A DNA stretch of 64,000 bases. Source: Verrucomicrobiota bacterium (GTDB lineage: Bacteria; Verrucomicrobiota; Verrucomicrobiia; Limisphaerales; UBA9464). Positions 30,449 to 41,608 of this stretch are shown in pieces; the stretch's first letter is position 1, and each line of letters opens with the position of its first letter. The stretch lies in the NCBI GenBank assembly GCA_947454705.1, contig CANGKZ010000005.1:128616-192615 (forward strand). The letters are read 5' to 3'. The translations under genes were made by a program, and so were the position numbers. The notes under the pieces were generated by a model. The model searched no databases and was not told where the DNA came from. It worked only from the letters and a program-made list of their open reading frames with translations.

Positions 30449-31492
30449 ATGACGCGGGCCTGGCCTAAATTGCCTCAACTAAGATGGCGCGACTGGTGGC
30501 GATCACCCCTGGTGGTCGCCTTGTTGTGCTCCATTTTGGTACACTTGCAGTTGTTTTTCCTCAGCTGGTTGCTGCCGGAAATGCAGCGTCGCGGCTTCAT
30601 GCCCGACTGGCTCAAGCCGGTTGCTGAAGCTGTCGCCCCCCAGATTCCCAAGCCCGACCCCGCCCGCGCGCAGGCCCCGCGGGAACAGGAAATCGAGATC
30701 CCGCTGCAATTCCTCGAAGTGGATCCCGCGCTCGCCACCACCGAGGTCCCCAAGCAGGCCCGCTTCACCTCCACGGCCAACACGCTCGCGGCGAATCCGA
30801 ACCCGCCCAAACAGGCCGCACCAAAACCGGTACCCCAGATCGACGGCAAGCGCCCGGACACTCTCAAGACCTTTGACACCAGCCGTCCTGTCAAACCCGC
30901 CCCGGCCAGCCCGCCCAAGCAGCTTCAGGACGAGGAGGCACGCGACGAGGTAAAGCCCCAGCCCAAGGGCGGGAAGCAGGCCGGTGAACTCGCTGTATCA
31001 AAACCGGTACCTGACGCGAAGGTCGACCAGGAGCAGGAGGCGCGGGAGGCCAAGATGCCTGCGCCGAAGCGCTACAAGAGCCTGGCTCAGGCGCGGGCGG
31101 ACAAGGGCATCGTGGTGGGCGAGCGCATGAAGCAGGAGGGCGGCGTCCCTCGCGTGGGGGCCGATGCGAGCTTCGATGTGAAGGCCAGCCAGTTCGGCGA
31201 GTACTCCAGCCGGCTGACCGCGGCCGTGCAGGCCCGCTGGTACTATCTGCTTGAGGAAAAACACTTCGCCCTCGAACGCACCGGCAAGGTGGTGGTGACC
31301 TTCCGCCTCCATCCGGACGGCACGGTGAGCGACATTCGGACGCTTTCCGCGACCGTCGGTGAGATTCAATCCACCTGGTGCGAACTCGCCATCGAGCAAC
31401 CCGCACCGTACGGCCGCTGGCCGGCGCAACTTTTGCATGAGATCGGATCCGACCCGATCAACGTCACCTTCACCTTCAACTACTACAATTGA
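30449..31492 (+). CDS. TonB-like energy transducer (N-terminal TM, Pro/Lys-rich spacer, TonB_C-like domain)
   Basis: It has a TM helix (LVVALLCSILVHLQLFFL), a Pro-rich region, a C-terminal segment (TGKVVVTFRLHPDGTVSDI) and an immediately downstream exbB/exbD pair. Confidence 0.65.
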   Translation: MTRAWPKLPQLRWRDWWRSPLVVALLCSILVHLQLFFLSWLLPEMQRRGFMPDWLKPVAEAVAPQIPKPDPARAQAPREQEIEIPLQFLEVDPALATTEVPKQARFTSTANTLAANPNPPKQAAPKPVPQIDGKRPDTLKTFDTSRPVKPAPASPPKQLQDEEARDEVKPQPKGGKQAGELAVSKPVPDAKVDQEQEAREAKMPAPKRYKSLAQARADKGIVVGERMKQEGGVPRVGADASFDVKASQFGEYSSRLTAAVQARWYYLLEEKHFALERTGKVVVTFRLHPDGTVSDIRTLSATVGEIQSTWCELAIEQPAPYGRWPAQLLHEIGSDPINVTFTFNYYN

Positions 31493-31495
31493 CCG

Positions 31496-32143
31496 ATGCT
31501 TGAATCCATTCGCGACGCCGGCCCCTTCATGTGGCTTCTGGTGGTCCTTTCCGTGGTCTCGCTCACCCTCATTTTCGACCGCGCCTGGGCGCTTCGACGC
31601 GCCCGCGTGCTGCCCACGGTCCTGACCGACGCCATCGCGGATCGTCAGCCGTCCGAACTCCGCATTCTCAGCCGCGCGTCGTCTTCCCCACTCGGGCGGC
31701 TCACGTTGTCGGTGGTGGACCACCTCGGCTGGCCCAAGGCAGAGAACGCCGGTGCGCTCGAAGTCTGCGCGCGACAGGAAGTGGCCAAGCTCGAGCGCGG
31801 ACTTGTGGTGCTCGAAATCATCGTCGGTATCGCACCGCTGCTCGGTCTGGTGGGAACGCTGTATGGCATCATCCCGCTGTTCGGTGACTTCGGCAAAGCG
31901 GTTTCGGGCGACAACACGCTCCTCGCGAAGGGCATTGCCGCCGCGCTGAACAAAACGCTGGCCGGCCTCATGGTGGCGATCCCTTCGCTGGTGGCGTGGA
32001 GCTATTTCAACAAGAAGGTGGAGTCGCTCGCCGTGGAGCTCGAAGGCGTGTGTGACATGCTGCTGCGCCGGTTGTATCTCGGCTCGCCGGACAAGGGGGC
32101 GACGAATGCCGACGCCGACGGATCGGAGGGTTCGAACCGATGA
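31496..32143 (+). CDS. exbB: MotA/TolQ/ExbB proton-channel family protein
   Basis: The 215-aa protein has three TM helices, and GIAPLLGLVGTLYGI ... IAAALNKTLAGLMVAIP is typical of ExbB/TolQ. Confidence 0.85.
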   Translation: MLESIRDAGPFMWLLVVLSVVSLTLIFDRAWALRRARVLPTVLTDAIADRQPSELRILSRASSSPLGRLTLSVVDHLGWPKAENAGALEVCARQEVAKLERGLVVLEIIVGIAPLLGLVGTLYGIIPLFGDFGKAVSGDNTLLAKGIAAALNKTLAGLMVAIPSLVAWSYFNKKVESLAVELEGVCDMLLRRLYLGSPDKGATNADADGSEGSNR

Positions 32144-32565
32144 AGTTTTATCCCCGACGCCGGAAGACCGCGCCGGCGATCATCATCATTTCACTGATCG
32201 ACGTGTTGATCGTGATGCTGGTGTTTTTGTTGGTCTCCACGACCTTCAAAAACCAGCCGTCCGTAAAGCTCACGCTGCCGGAAACGGCGGAATCGCCGAA
32301 GCCCGGATCCTCGAGCGACAAGCCTCCGATGATCGTGACGGTGGCGAAGGACGCGCCGCACTATTACGTGGGCAACCGCGCGATCACGGCGGATGCGCTG
32401 CAAACCGAGCTGAAGGTGGCCGGCAGTTCCGACGCGAACATGCACCTCGTGGTGCGCGCCGACGGCGGTGCCGAGTGGCGTTTGGTGGTGAAGGTGATGG
32501 AGTACGCCAAGCTCGCGCAGATCAAGAACGTGAAAGCCTTCACCAAGGGCGCGGGACAGAAGTAG
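32140..32565 (+). CDS. exbD: ExbD/TolR biopolymer transport protein
   Basis: The 141-aa protein has an N-terminal TM helix (IIIISLIDVLIVMLVFLLV) and an ExbD-like periplasmic domain. Its start overlaps the exbB stop. Confidence 0.85.
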   Translation: MKFYPRRRKTAPAIIIISLIDVLIVMLVFLLVSTTFKNQPSVKLTLPETAESPKPGSSSDKPPMIVTVAKDAPHYYVGNRAITADALQTELKVAGSSDANMHLVVRADGGAEWRLVVKVMEYAKLAQIKNVKAFTKGAGQK

Positions 32566-32611
32566 AAGCCGCGCGCCTCGCGCATCGCGACGCGCGAAGA
32601 GTTCAGCGAGT

Positions 32612-33895
32612 TCAGCGGGTTCCGATCACCACTTCCGGCGGGTTCGCGTAGTCGTTCCACAGGCGCTCGATCTCGGTGCGATCCGGCGGGCCGTCCAACA
32701 CGACGAACCGATAGCGCGCCACGTAGGGCTTGCCCGCCTCGATGCGGAAATCGCCCATTTGCGACGGGGCAAAACAGAAGAATGGTTCGGTGGTATGCAC
32801 GCGCATCGGCTGTGGGAATCGGAAGTTTTCCGGATGCGACAAGATGGCCACCCCGGCCTGGCGTCCGTCCACCAGTCCGCTGAGGTGAATCCACCGCGCC
32901 CGGGTCATGTTGGCGCGAATGCGGTCGGTTTCACCTTCCGAGGTCAGCACCGATTCATTCCCCGCGCCGTTCCAGGCTCCGTTTCCACGGAAGCCGAGTC
33001 CGCCGTACAAATACTGGAGCAGGATCAACGGACGGTTCTCTTCGGCGGTTTGGATCGAGGTCCAGTCCCAGATTCGGTACGGATTGGCTGCCGTGGTGAC
33101 GGCGTAGGCGCGCACGTCCCACACTTCATCGAGGGCCTTCCAGGGTTGCCCGGAGGTGAGGTCCACGAACTTGTGTCGGGCCCGGAATCCGCCGTGGACC
33201 GGGCCGCTCCACATCGATGCTACTTCGACAAACTCCACGCGTCCCTTGCCCTCGCCCATGTTCCAGAAGTCGGGATGGCGTCCCTCAAACTCGGTGTGGG
33301 TCCACGGGGACCAGACGCCGTGGTGGTGGACGTGATTGGTGGGGAAGTCATCGCTCACCACGCGTCCCGACGGGGTGAAGATCGGATGCAGGTAACCTCC
33401 GCGGATGTAGCGTTCCGAGATTCCCGGGCGGGGAAGCGGTCCGGGTTCGGCTTGGTATTCGAGGATGGATTGTCCGCCCTGGGTGATGCGCAGCTTGGTT
33501 CCGGAGCGGCGCGTCTCAATCGGGGCCAGTTCCGAAGTGCGGGAGGATGCCTTGCCGCCGACGTGAAGGGTGAGTGTGCCGCCGCGTTCGAGATCCGGAA
33601 TGCGCAGCGTGGCGTGGCCGTTGGTTTCCACCTGCACGAGGTGGGTGGCGCCATGTTCATCGGTGGCGCGCAGCACACGGGCCGCGCCGGGGGGAAGATC
33701 AAACGAAGCGAACGTGTCGTGTCGCTTCAGTGAGCCAGCGCGAAGGGTGACCGTGAGAGCAGGCTCCTGATCAGACGCGGCGTTTGCGGGCGAAGTTGGA
33801 ATCAGGATCTGGGTCAGCGTCGCGAGGAGGGCGAGGCGGAGGCTTTTGCCGAGGAATGCGCCGCGGTGCGTGCGGGCGAAGGATCGGGATTCCAT
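32612..33895 (-). CDS. PmoA-family (DUF6807-like) secreted protein
   Basis: The ATG at 33895 gives 427 aa with a signal peptide. GGYLHPIFTPSG...FPTNHVHHHGVWSPW...YGGLGFRG resembles the PmoA family widespread in PVC bacteria. The longer ORF up to 34564 overlaps argG and was discarded. Confidence 0.6.
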   Translation of the reverse strand: MESRSFARTHRGAFLGKSLRLALLATLTQILIPTSPANAASDQEPALTVTLRAGSLKRHDTFASFDLPPGAARVLRATDEHGATHLVQVETNGHATLRIPDLERGGTLTLHVGGKASSRTSELAPIETRRSGTKLRITQGGQSILEYQAEPGPLPRPGISERYIRGGYLHPIFTPSGRVVSDDFPTNHVHHHGVWSPWTHTEFEGRHPDFWNMGEGKGRVEFVEVASMWSGPVHGGFRARHKFVDLTSGQPWKALDEVWDVRAYAVTTAANPYRIWDWTSIQTAEENRPLILLQYLYGGLGFRGNGAWNGAGNESVLTSEGETDRIRANMTRARWIHLSGLVDGRQAGVAILSHPENFRFPQPMRVHTTEPFFCFAPSQMGDFRIEAGKPYVARYRFVVLDGPPDRTEIERLWNDYANPPEVVIGTR

Positions 33896-34017
33896 GCGCG
33901 ATAGCGAAGCCCGGCTCGCGAAGGAAGGAAACAAGAATGAAACCGCCGGCCAGCGGAGAAAACTCTCCACGGGCCGGCGGGTTGGAAAACACCGGGCGAC
34001 GAATCGCCTCGGTCGGA

Positions 34018-35265
<1,248 letters not shown>

Positions 35266-35388
35266 AAAGCGCGCGGATGATGCGGTGGATCGGCCGCCGG
35301 GGAAGTGGAAACTTTGCCTTCCGCCGATTCGTCCGCAGCCCGGGTCGCCGGTTGACTCGCAGGGAAGGGGTCTGGTTCGCTTGTCGGC

Positions 35389-36216
35389 ATGAAACGGAAT
35401 GTCCGCGATCCGCTGGGTTGGAACCGAGTTCGCAGCGCCGGTTGGAGCGCCGCACTGATCCTGTCGCTCGGCGCCGTGCTGGCCGAGGACCTCGCCCTCC
35501 CGAACGGACGCACGCTTCATGACGTTTCGTATTCCGACCCCAACCCGGCCTCCGTGCTGGTCAAGTCGCGCGAGGGCTCCGAACGGCTCGACCTGGTGGA
35601 TCTGCCGGCAGCGGTGCAGCAGCGTTTCCAATTTGATCCAGTGACGGCGCTCCGATTTGTGTCGGCCGAAAACCGCCGTCTGCGCGGCGAGGCCGCCACC
35701 ACCCCGGGAGGTCGCTTTGCCCCTGCACTGGTTCGCGTGACCGCATCGTCCGCCGCCGAGACCGCATGGGCCAACCGCCCGCCCACGCCGGCTACGGCCT
35801 CGCTTCCTCCCGTCACGCGGACGTCGCGTGTGGATGCCTTTGATCTGGTGAACCATTATCGGAGCGAGGCCGCATCGGCCTCCGCGCGATACAAAGGCCA
35901 CGACTTTCAGCTCGAGGGAATCGTCGAACGGGTGGAGAGCTCGATCGTGGGACGCGGCGTGAAGGTGCTGCTGGAATCGCCCGACCGGGGCATCCGCGTG
36001 GTGGTGGAATGGCGCGTGCCCGATGACTATCCGAAGTTCTACACCAAGGCCGAGGGACGCCGGTTCTTCGGCGGCTCAGGCGGGGCGCATCGACTCGTGA
36101 TGGCTGCCGGCGACCGGGTGCGATTCTCGGTCCGCGGCGGGGCCTACGACGACGGTGCCGTGTTCCTCGGTCGCGCCGAGTTGCTCGACCGCGTGGCGGG
36201 TCCATCGACGCCCTGA
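35389..36216 (+). CDS. hypothetical secreted protein with a possible C-terminal OB-fold (tRNA_anti-like) domain
   Basis: The 275-aa ORF has a signal-like N-terminus ([16 protein letters not shown]). Its C-terminal [41 protein letters not shown] resembles tRNA_anti-like OB folds. The assignment is weak. Confidence 0.45.
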   Translation: MKRNVRDPLGWNRVRSAGWSAALILSLGAVLAEDLALPNGRTLHDVSYSDPNPASVLVKSREGSERLDLVDLPAAVQQRFQFDPVTALRFVSAENRRLRGEAATTPGGRFAPALVRVTASSAAETAWANRPPTPATASLPPVTRTSRVDAFDLVNHYRSEAASASARYKGHDFQLEGIVERVESSIVGRGVKVLLESPDRGIRVVVEWRVPDDYPKFYTKAEGRRFFGGSGGAHRLVMAAGDRVRFSVRGGAYDDGAVFLGRAELLDRVAGPSTP

Positions 36217-37112
36217 TTCACGGAGCGGGAGGGTTCGATGTGGATCAACACGTCGTACACGTGCGGCATTTCCGCGCGGACGGTGTCCTTCACCTGATGG
36301 GCGAGGGTGTGGGAGTCGCGGACGGTCATGTCCGGATGGACGTGCACGTGCATGTCGACCCAAAGATGATACCCCATGCGGCGCGCGAAGCATTTCTCCA
36401 CGGCGTCCACTCCGGGAACCTGCTGCGCGACGGCGCGGATCTTTGCCGTGAGCTGCGGATCCGGCGTGGCGTCCATCAACTCCTCCAGCGCAGGCCGGAG
36501 CAGGCGCCAACCGTTCCACGCGATGATGCCCGCGGCGACGATCGCAGCGAGATCATCGGCCATGGCAAAGGCAGGGCCTCCGACGAGCGACGTGGTGATC
36601 CCTACTGCGGCGGCGAGTGAGGTGATGGCGTCGCTGCGGTGGTGCCACGCGTCGGTCTTGACCACGTTGCTCTCCACCGCGGTTCCTTCGCTCCGGGTGA
36701 ACCGGAACATGCCTTCCTTGATCAACGCGACGGCGATCAGCACCACGAGAGTGAACGGCCTCGGTCCGACGTGATTTCCCAGCGCCTCCTCGATCGATTT
36801 CAGCGCAATGCCCGCGGCCGCGATCAGCAGCACGGTGGAGATCACTGCGGCGGCGATGGGCTCGGCCTTTCCGTGGCCGTACGGGTGGTCCTCATCTGCG
36901 GGTTTGGCCGCGACCACCAGGCCGCGCCACACGATGACGGAGCTGACGATGTCGGCCAGCGACTCCACGCCGTCAGCAACCAGGGCGTGCGAATGTCCCC
37001 ACACGCCTGCGAGCAGTTTGCCCACGGCCAGGACTGCGTTCACCGCCATCCCCAGGAAGGTCACCCGGAGGCTCCGTTCGAGACGGTTCTTGATCACCGG
37101 GGAAGTGAACAC
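36144..37112 (-). CDS. cation diffusion facilitator family transporter
   Basis: It has six TM helices, HSHALVADGVESLADIV ... DAWHHRSD metal-site motifs and a C-terminal cytoplasmic domain. Confidence 0.85.
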   Translation of the reverse strand: MFTSPVIKNRLERSLRVTFLGMAVNAVLAVGKLLAGVWGHSHALVADGVESLADIVSSVIVWRGLVVAAKPADEDHPYGHGKAEPIAAAVISTVLLIAAAGIALKSIEEALGNHVGPRPFTLVVLIAVALIKEGMFRFTRSEGTAVESNVVKTDAWHHRSDAITSLAAAVGITTSLVGGPAFAMADDLAAIVAAGIIAWNGWRLLRPALEELMDATPDPQLTAKIRAVAQQVPGVDAVEKCFARRMGYHLWVDMHVHVHPDMTVRDSHTLAHQVKDTVRAEMPHVYDVLIHIEPSRSVNQGVDGPATRSSNSARPRNTAPSS

Positions 37113-37198
37113 GGGAGGAGCGGCCGGGCCAAGCAGTTCAACCTGCGAAATCGAATCGTCTCTTGTCCGTCGACCGGCGCTAACCGGTTAACTTAGAA

Positions 37199-37373
37199 AC
37201 GGCAGTTGAAACCACAGATGAACACAGATTCACACAGATGGAGAAGGAGATGGGTGGTTCGACCGGGCTCGAACGTTTCACCTTCTGGGTGAACTTTGAA
37301 GCCTTCCGCTCCGCGCATTCCAATCTGTGTTCATCCGTGTCCATCTGTGGTTGAACTCTACTTCAACTGCCGT
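37199..37373. repeat. complete MITE-like inverted-repeat element (175 bp)
   Basis: Left end ACGGCAGTTGAAACCACAGATGAACACAGATTCACACAGATGG is the inverted complement of right end CCAATCTGTGTTCATCCGTGTCCATCTGTGGTTGAACTCTACTTCAACTGCCGT. There is no coding capacity. Confidence 0.85.
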
Positions 37374-37381
37374 TTTTCGGT

Positions 37382-37816
37382 TTAATCGCGCAAAACGGAG
37401 TTGGGAAGGTCGTCGCGATCGTTCGGGTGCTTGGGGAAATGCTTTGCCAATTCGGCGCCGGCGCGCTGGATCCCGGCGAGGAGGGCCTCAGTGAATTTCC
37501 CCTGCTTGAGGAGTTCACTCATGTCCGCCGCAATCGAGGTCCAGAAGGGTTCCCCGCAGCGCAGGTGAATGCCTTCGTCGGCCGCGATCGCAAACTGGCG
37601 CGATGCGGGAACGATGTAGATCAGCACCGCATTACGAAGCGGCGTCTTCTTCATGCCGCGTTGTTCGAGTTCGCGGTGGGCGGCAGCGAGGGGATCGTTG
37701 CACGGGCCCTGCCGGATGAAGACGCGGATCTCACCGGAGGTTTGCTTTTCAGCGGTGACGATGGCTTCGACGATGCGTTGATCGTCCACCTGTTCCTGAA
37801 ATTCCTTCGGGTCCAT
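37382..37816 (-). CDS. TPM domain-containing protein (TLP18.3/Psb32/MOLO-1 phosphatase-like)
   Basis: The 144-aa ORF has IVEAIVTAEKQTSGEIRVFI ... NAVLIYIVPASRQFAIAADEGI, typical of the small TPM paralog that follows a YgcG-like TPM gene. Confidence 0.7.
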   Translation of the reverse strand: MDPKEFQEQVDDQRIVEAIVTAEKQTSGEIRVFIRQGPCNDPLAAAHRELEQRGMKKTPLRNAVLIYIVPASRQFAIAADEGIHLRCGEPFWTSIAADMSELLKQGKFTEALLAGIQRAGAELAKHFPKHPNDRDDLPNSVLRD

Positions 37817-37840
37817 GCGTTGTGTTTGCGTGTGTTCGTT

Positions 37841-38917
37841 CTACCAACTTCCGCTTGCGCCGCCGCCATCGGAACTGCCGCCACCGCCACTGAATCCACT
37901 GTCCCCTCCGCCCCAACTTCCGCTGTCGCTGCTGCTGCTACTACTACTGCTGTCACTTCCGCTGCCACCGAAAAAACCGCCCGAGCTGCTGGAGTTGTTG
38001 TCGCCCCAGAGGTGGATATTGACGCCGTTCCATCCTCCACCCCATCCGCCGCCCCAACCATTTCCCCAGCTCCCCCATCCGGTGCGACCGAGCCCGCCGC
38101 CGGAGTAATCCCACCCGGGTGTCGGAGCCGAAAAGGTGCCCGGCGAGGAAAAGAACCACATCCAGAGCGCGGCCGCCACCGCGAGTCCGGCGAGGATGTG
38201 AAATTCAGATCCGACGTACACGGCAAACGGATGTCCGAGTCCGCCGACCAATCCACCCGCAATGGTGTGGCCGATCTGCATTCCGGTGGGCTGATTGCGG
38301 GTCTTCAGGCCGCGCATGAAGATTCCTGCGCCCGCCCCCGCGATGCCCGCAACCACCATCCAAATCTGCAAGGCAAGCCCAAGCCCGTGGGGTGATTTGC
38401 CCTGGATTCGTGCCGGGGAGCGGTATTCGCCGCGAACCGCCTGAACGATCGAGTTCACGCCCGCACTTACGCCTCCGGCGAAGTCATTCACCCGGAATCG
38501 CGGCGCCACCCGGTCGCGAAGAATGCGGGCGGCGAGCTTGTTCGGCAGCGCGTGGCTGAGTCCGCTCCCGACCTCGATGCGCATGCGGTGGTCATTCACG
38601 AACACCGCAAAGAGGACGCCGTTGTTTCGTGTCGCCTCGCCGATTTTCCATTCGTTGAACACGCGTCGCACGTAGTCCTCGAGGTCTTCCCCTGGCGGAA
38701 GCGAGGGGGCGATGAAGGCGACCACCTGGGTACCACTCTTGCGTTCGAGTTCGACCAGGCGCGCGTCCAACGCGTCCACCGTGGACGCCGGGAGCGTCGC
38801 GGTGATGTCCAGCACGTGACGCTTGGGGGCTTCGGGAATCGGGTTTTGTGCGCGGAGCCGTACCGGACTGAGGATCCACAGAAACCCCAGCAGGAAGGGA
38901 ACGAGGTGCCGTTTCAT
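37841..38917 (-). CDS. YgcG-like TPM domain protein with TM segments and a Gly/Trp/Ser-rich C-terminal tail
   Basis: A signal peptide is followed by VLDITATL...LVELERKSGTQVVAFIAPSL...NNGVLFAVFVNDHRMRIEVGSGL (TPM domain). TM helices and a GGWGGGWGGGW...SSSSSSSSDSGSWGGG tail follow. Confidence 0.75.
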   Translation of the reverse strand: MKRHLVPFLLGFLWILSPVRLRAQNPIPEAPKRHVLDITATLPASTVDALDARLVELERKSGTQVVAFIAPSLPPGEDLEDYVRRVFNEWKIGEATRNNGVLFAVFVNDHRMRIEVGSGLSHALPNKLAARILRDRVAPRFRVNDFAGGVSAGVNSIVQAVRGEYRSPARIQGKSPHGLGLALQIWMVVAGIAGAGAGIFMRGLKTRNQPTGMQIGHTIAGGLVGGLGHPFAVYVGSEFHILAGLAVAAALWMWFFSSPGTFSAPTPGWDYSGGGLGRTGWGSWGNGWGGGWGGGWNGVNIHLWGDNNSSSSGGFFGGSGSDSSSSSSSSDSGSWGGGDSGFSGGGGSSDGGGASGSW

Positions 38918-39173
38918 GGGAGATCAGGGCAGGGGATTGGGGACAGAAGTTTTGGAACCTGAACTGAAGCGCCTTCGAAGTCTTCGGAGGCGTGCATCCT
39001 TGAATTTGCTTCGCCTGCGAAGGAGCCCGGAGTTTTCCGGAGCGGCGAAGTCAGAACCATGACGGAAGCGTTTGTACGCCGTTGCCGGGCGGTGTCAGGT
39101 GGAAGGTTCTCCTGGAATTCCAACGCACTGCATCGCATCGCACCGCACCGCACTGCAACGGCCGCAGTTCTCC

Positions 39174-40019
39174 TCACTCTCCCGGCCGCGGATCGAAGAG
39201 CGACAGCACGCCATCGAGACCGGTGTGATTCAACGCCACGCGCGCCTGCTGTTGCACCACGGGCTTGGCGCGGAAGGCCACGCTCAGTCCTGAGATGGCC
39301 ATCATCTTGAGATCATTCGCACCGTCTCCGAGTACGATCGATTGCGTGGGAACACATCCCGAGGCCTCGCACACTTCGCGGACTTTGCGCGCCTTGGCGT
39401 CGGCATCCACGATATCGCCCAGCACCTGGCCGGTGAGGCGTCCGTCGCGGGTTTCGAGCACGTTGGCAAGGGTCACGTCCAGACCCAGCCGGGCACGGAG
39501 GCGTTCGGTGAAGAAGGTGAATCCGCCCGACACCAACAAGGTTTTCCATCCCGCGGCTTTTGCTGCCGCGAGCAGGGACTCGGCGCCGGGGGAAAGCCGG
39601 AGGCGTTCGTCGTACACCTGTTGAAGCCGCGATTCCTCGAGTCCCTGGAGCAACGCCACGCGTCGTCGCAGTGCCGACGGGAAATCGAGTTCACCGCGCA
39701 TCGCCGCTTCGGTGATCGCCGCGACTTGCGGCTTCACGCCCACGAGATCGGCAATTTCATCGATGCACTCAATCGTGATCAGCGTGGAGTCCATGTCCAT
39801 CGCCACCCACTTGAAGTCCGCAGGCTTGAGCGGTGCGTCGAGCCGGGTGCAGTCGAGTTTCTGATCGCGGCAATAGGCGATCACGGGATCGACCGACTGC
39901 GCGTCCGAGAGCCGGACGGCGGTGCGTCCCGCCGACACCGTGCGGGTGCAGGCGGAGAGTCGCGCGACTTCCTGCGCGTGGTGGGAGGTGAGACCAGGGC
40001 CCTGAACAACGAGTTCCAT
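39174..40019 (-). CDS. serB: phosphoserine phosphatase
   Basis: The HAD motifs are VAMDMDSTLITIECIDE, LVSGGF and GDGANDLKM, with the SerB-type cap. Confidence 0.85.
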   Translation of the reverse strand: MELVVQGPGLTSHHAQEVARLSACTRTVSAGRTAVRLSDAQSVDPVIAYCRDQKLDCTRLDAPLKPADFKWVAMDMDSTLITIECIDEIADLVGVKPQVAAITEAAMRGELDFPSALRRRVALLQGLEESRLQQVYDERLRLSPGAESLLAAAKAAGWKTLLVSGGFTFFTERLRARLGLDVTLANVLETRDGRLTGQVLGDIVDADAKARKVREVCEASGCVPTQSIVLGDGANDLKMMAISGLSVAFRAKPVVQQQARVALNHTGLDGVLSLFDPRPGE

Positions 40020-40156
40020 GATGCGAAAAAGGAGCGGCTAGGCTGACCGGCGGGCGGCGCGGGGGGCAATGTCGAACTTGCGTCCGATGGGAACCGATTC
40101 AAGGGCGATGAACTTTGGTCCTTGATCTCACCCGGCGGCATCACAGCCTTGCCCGC

Positions 40157-41197
40157 ATGTCATCAATTCCCAGGGTGGCGGTGCTCGGCACCGGATCACT
40201 CGGCAAGGAACACGCACGGATTTATGCCGAACTGGCCCGCGAAGGCGTGGTCGAGTTTGTCGGCGTCTATGACGTGAATCCCGAGGCCGCCCGCGTGCAG
40301 GCTTCGAAACACGGCGTTCGTGTGTTCCTGAACGTGGACGAAGCCGCTGCCGCGGTGGATGCCCTGAGCGTGGTGACGCCCACCACCACCCACTTCACGC
40401 TCGCCCGCGCGTTGCTCGCGCAGGGGAAACACCTGCTGGTGGAGAAACCGATGACCGACAACGCGGCCGAGGCAGCGGAGCTGGTGTCGCTCGCGCAGGC
40501 GAATCGATCGGTGCTGCAGGTCGGACACGTGGAGCGTTTCAATCCCGTGTTCACCTACCTCGAGCAAGTGGCCACGAATCCGCGCTTCATCGAGTGCCAT
40601 CGTCTCTCCCCGTTTCCGGCCCGCAGCACGGACATCGGGGTGGTGCTCGATCTGATGATCCACGATCTCGACGTGGTGCTGGCGTTTGTGAAGTCCCCGC
40701 TGGTGTCGGTGGATGCGGTTGGAATCCCGGTTTTGAGCAAGAGCGAGGACATCGCCAATGCGCGGCTCCGGTTCGAAAATGGCTGCGTGGCGAATCTCAC
40801 CGCGAGCCGCATCAGTCCGGAGCGCCTTCGGAAAATCCGGGTGTTCAGCAGCGGCGCGGAGACCAGCTACATCAGCCTCGATTACCGCGCCCAGGAAGGC
40901 TTCATCTACCGGCTGGCCCGTTCGGACGAGCCGGAAAGTTCACTGCTCCAAAAGTTGATGGCGGCGCAGAAGATCATCGGCCCGCGGGATCAGACCATCG
41001 TGAGCGAATTCGCCGGCAAACGGATCGTGCGCGAGCCGGTTCCGATTACCAAAGATGAACCCTTGAAGCGCGAACTTGCCTCGTTCGTGGCCTGCGTGCG
41101 GGAACGTCAGACACCGCGCGTCACGGGTGCGGAAGCCAAGGCGGCGCTCGACGTGGCCTTCGAAATCACGCGTCAGATCAATGCCAGCAATCGCTGA
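40157..41197 (+). CDS. Gfo/Idh/MocA family oxidoreductase
   Basis: The Rossmann N-terminus is RVAVLGTGSLGKEHARIY, with EKPM and a following alpha/beta dimerisation domain. The ATG at 40157 is preferred. Confidence 0.8.
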   Translation: MSSIPRVAVLGTGSLGKEHARIYAELAREGVVEFVGVYDVNPEAARVQASKHGVRVFLNVDEAAAAVDALSVVTPTTTHFTLARALLAQGKHLLVEKPMTDNAAEAAELVSLAQANRSVLQVGHVERFNPVFTYLEQVATNPRFIECHRLSPFPARSTDIGVVLDLMIHDLDVVLAFVKSPLVSVDAVGIPVLSKSEDIANARLRFENGCVANLTASRISPERLRKIRVFSSGAETSYISLDYRAQEGFIYRLARSDEPESSLLQKLMAAQKIIGPRDQTIVSEFAGKRIVREPVPITKDEPLKRELASFVACVRERQTPRVTGAEAKAALDVAFEITRQINASNR

Positions 41198-41203
41198 TCG
41201 CGG

Positions 41204-41238
41204 CGGTTGAAGTGTTAAAAAAGTTGAAGAGTTGAAGG
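41204..41238. repeat. GTTGAAG-family intergenic repeat
   Basis: CGGTTGAAGTGTTAAAAAAGTTGAAGAGTTGAAGG was read directly. Confidence 0.85.
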
Positions 41239-41608
41239 GGGAATGCACGACGGCTCAGTATCGTCGCCCGGTCTTAGCCGTTCCCAATTGAGAATAGCCC
41301 AGGCCTTCAGGCCTGGGGCTAAAGGAGATGGGTGTTGTTGAGTCCCGCAGGGACGACAGAGGGTTCTTTTTCTGCCGTACCTGCAGGACTTCCTCCGTGT
41401 TTACGACAACTCCCCGGCCTGAAGGCCAGGGCTATTATCACAAGCGTCTCTTTCCGAGCGCCTCCTCCCAATCCCCACCTGCGTGTATCTGCGGTTTGGA
41501 CTCCCGCTCTCAGCGAGAAAACACCGGATCCGCCTGCGCGAATCCGGTGAATCAAAAGTGATACAACCCAACGCCGCGTTCCGGGCGGGTGGGGCGAGGT
41601 GATACGGC

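Noticed and set aside
36144-36216. A 73-nt convergent overlap joins the 3' ends of the hypothetical gene 35389..36216 and the CDF transporter gene.
   Set aside because: This is probably real but uninformative. Both C-terminal tails are low-complexity, and either could terminate earlier in reality through sequencing or annotation ambiguity. There is no evidence for antisense regulation.
37841-38140. The Gly/Trp/Ser-rich tail (GGWGGGWGGGW...SSSSSSSSDSGSWGGG) of the large TPM protein looked like a possible novel low-complexity feature.
   Set aside because: As far as I recall, glycine-rich C-terminal tails after the TM segments are usual for YgcG-type TPM proteins. It is not distinctive. The absence of a lemA gene upstream is noted but unremarkable.
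39129-39155. A short GCAYC pentamer microsatellite (GCATCGCATCGCACCGCACCGCACTGC) lies in the serB downstream region.
   Set aside because: It is very short and imperfect, with no partner and no obvious function.
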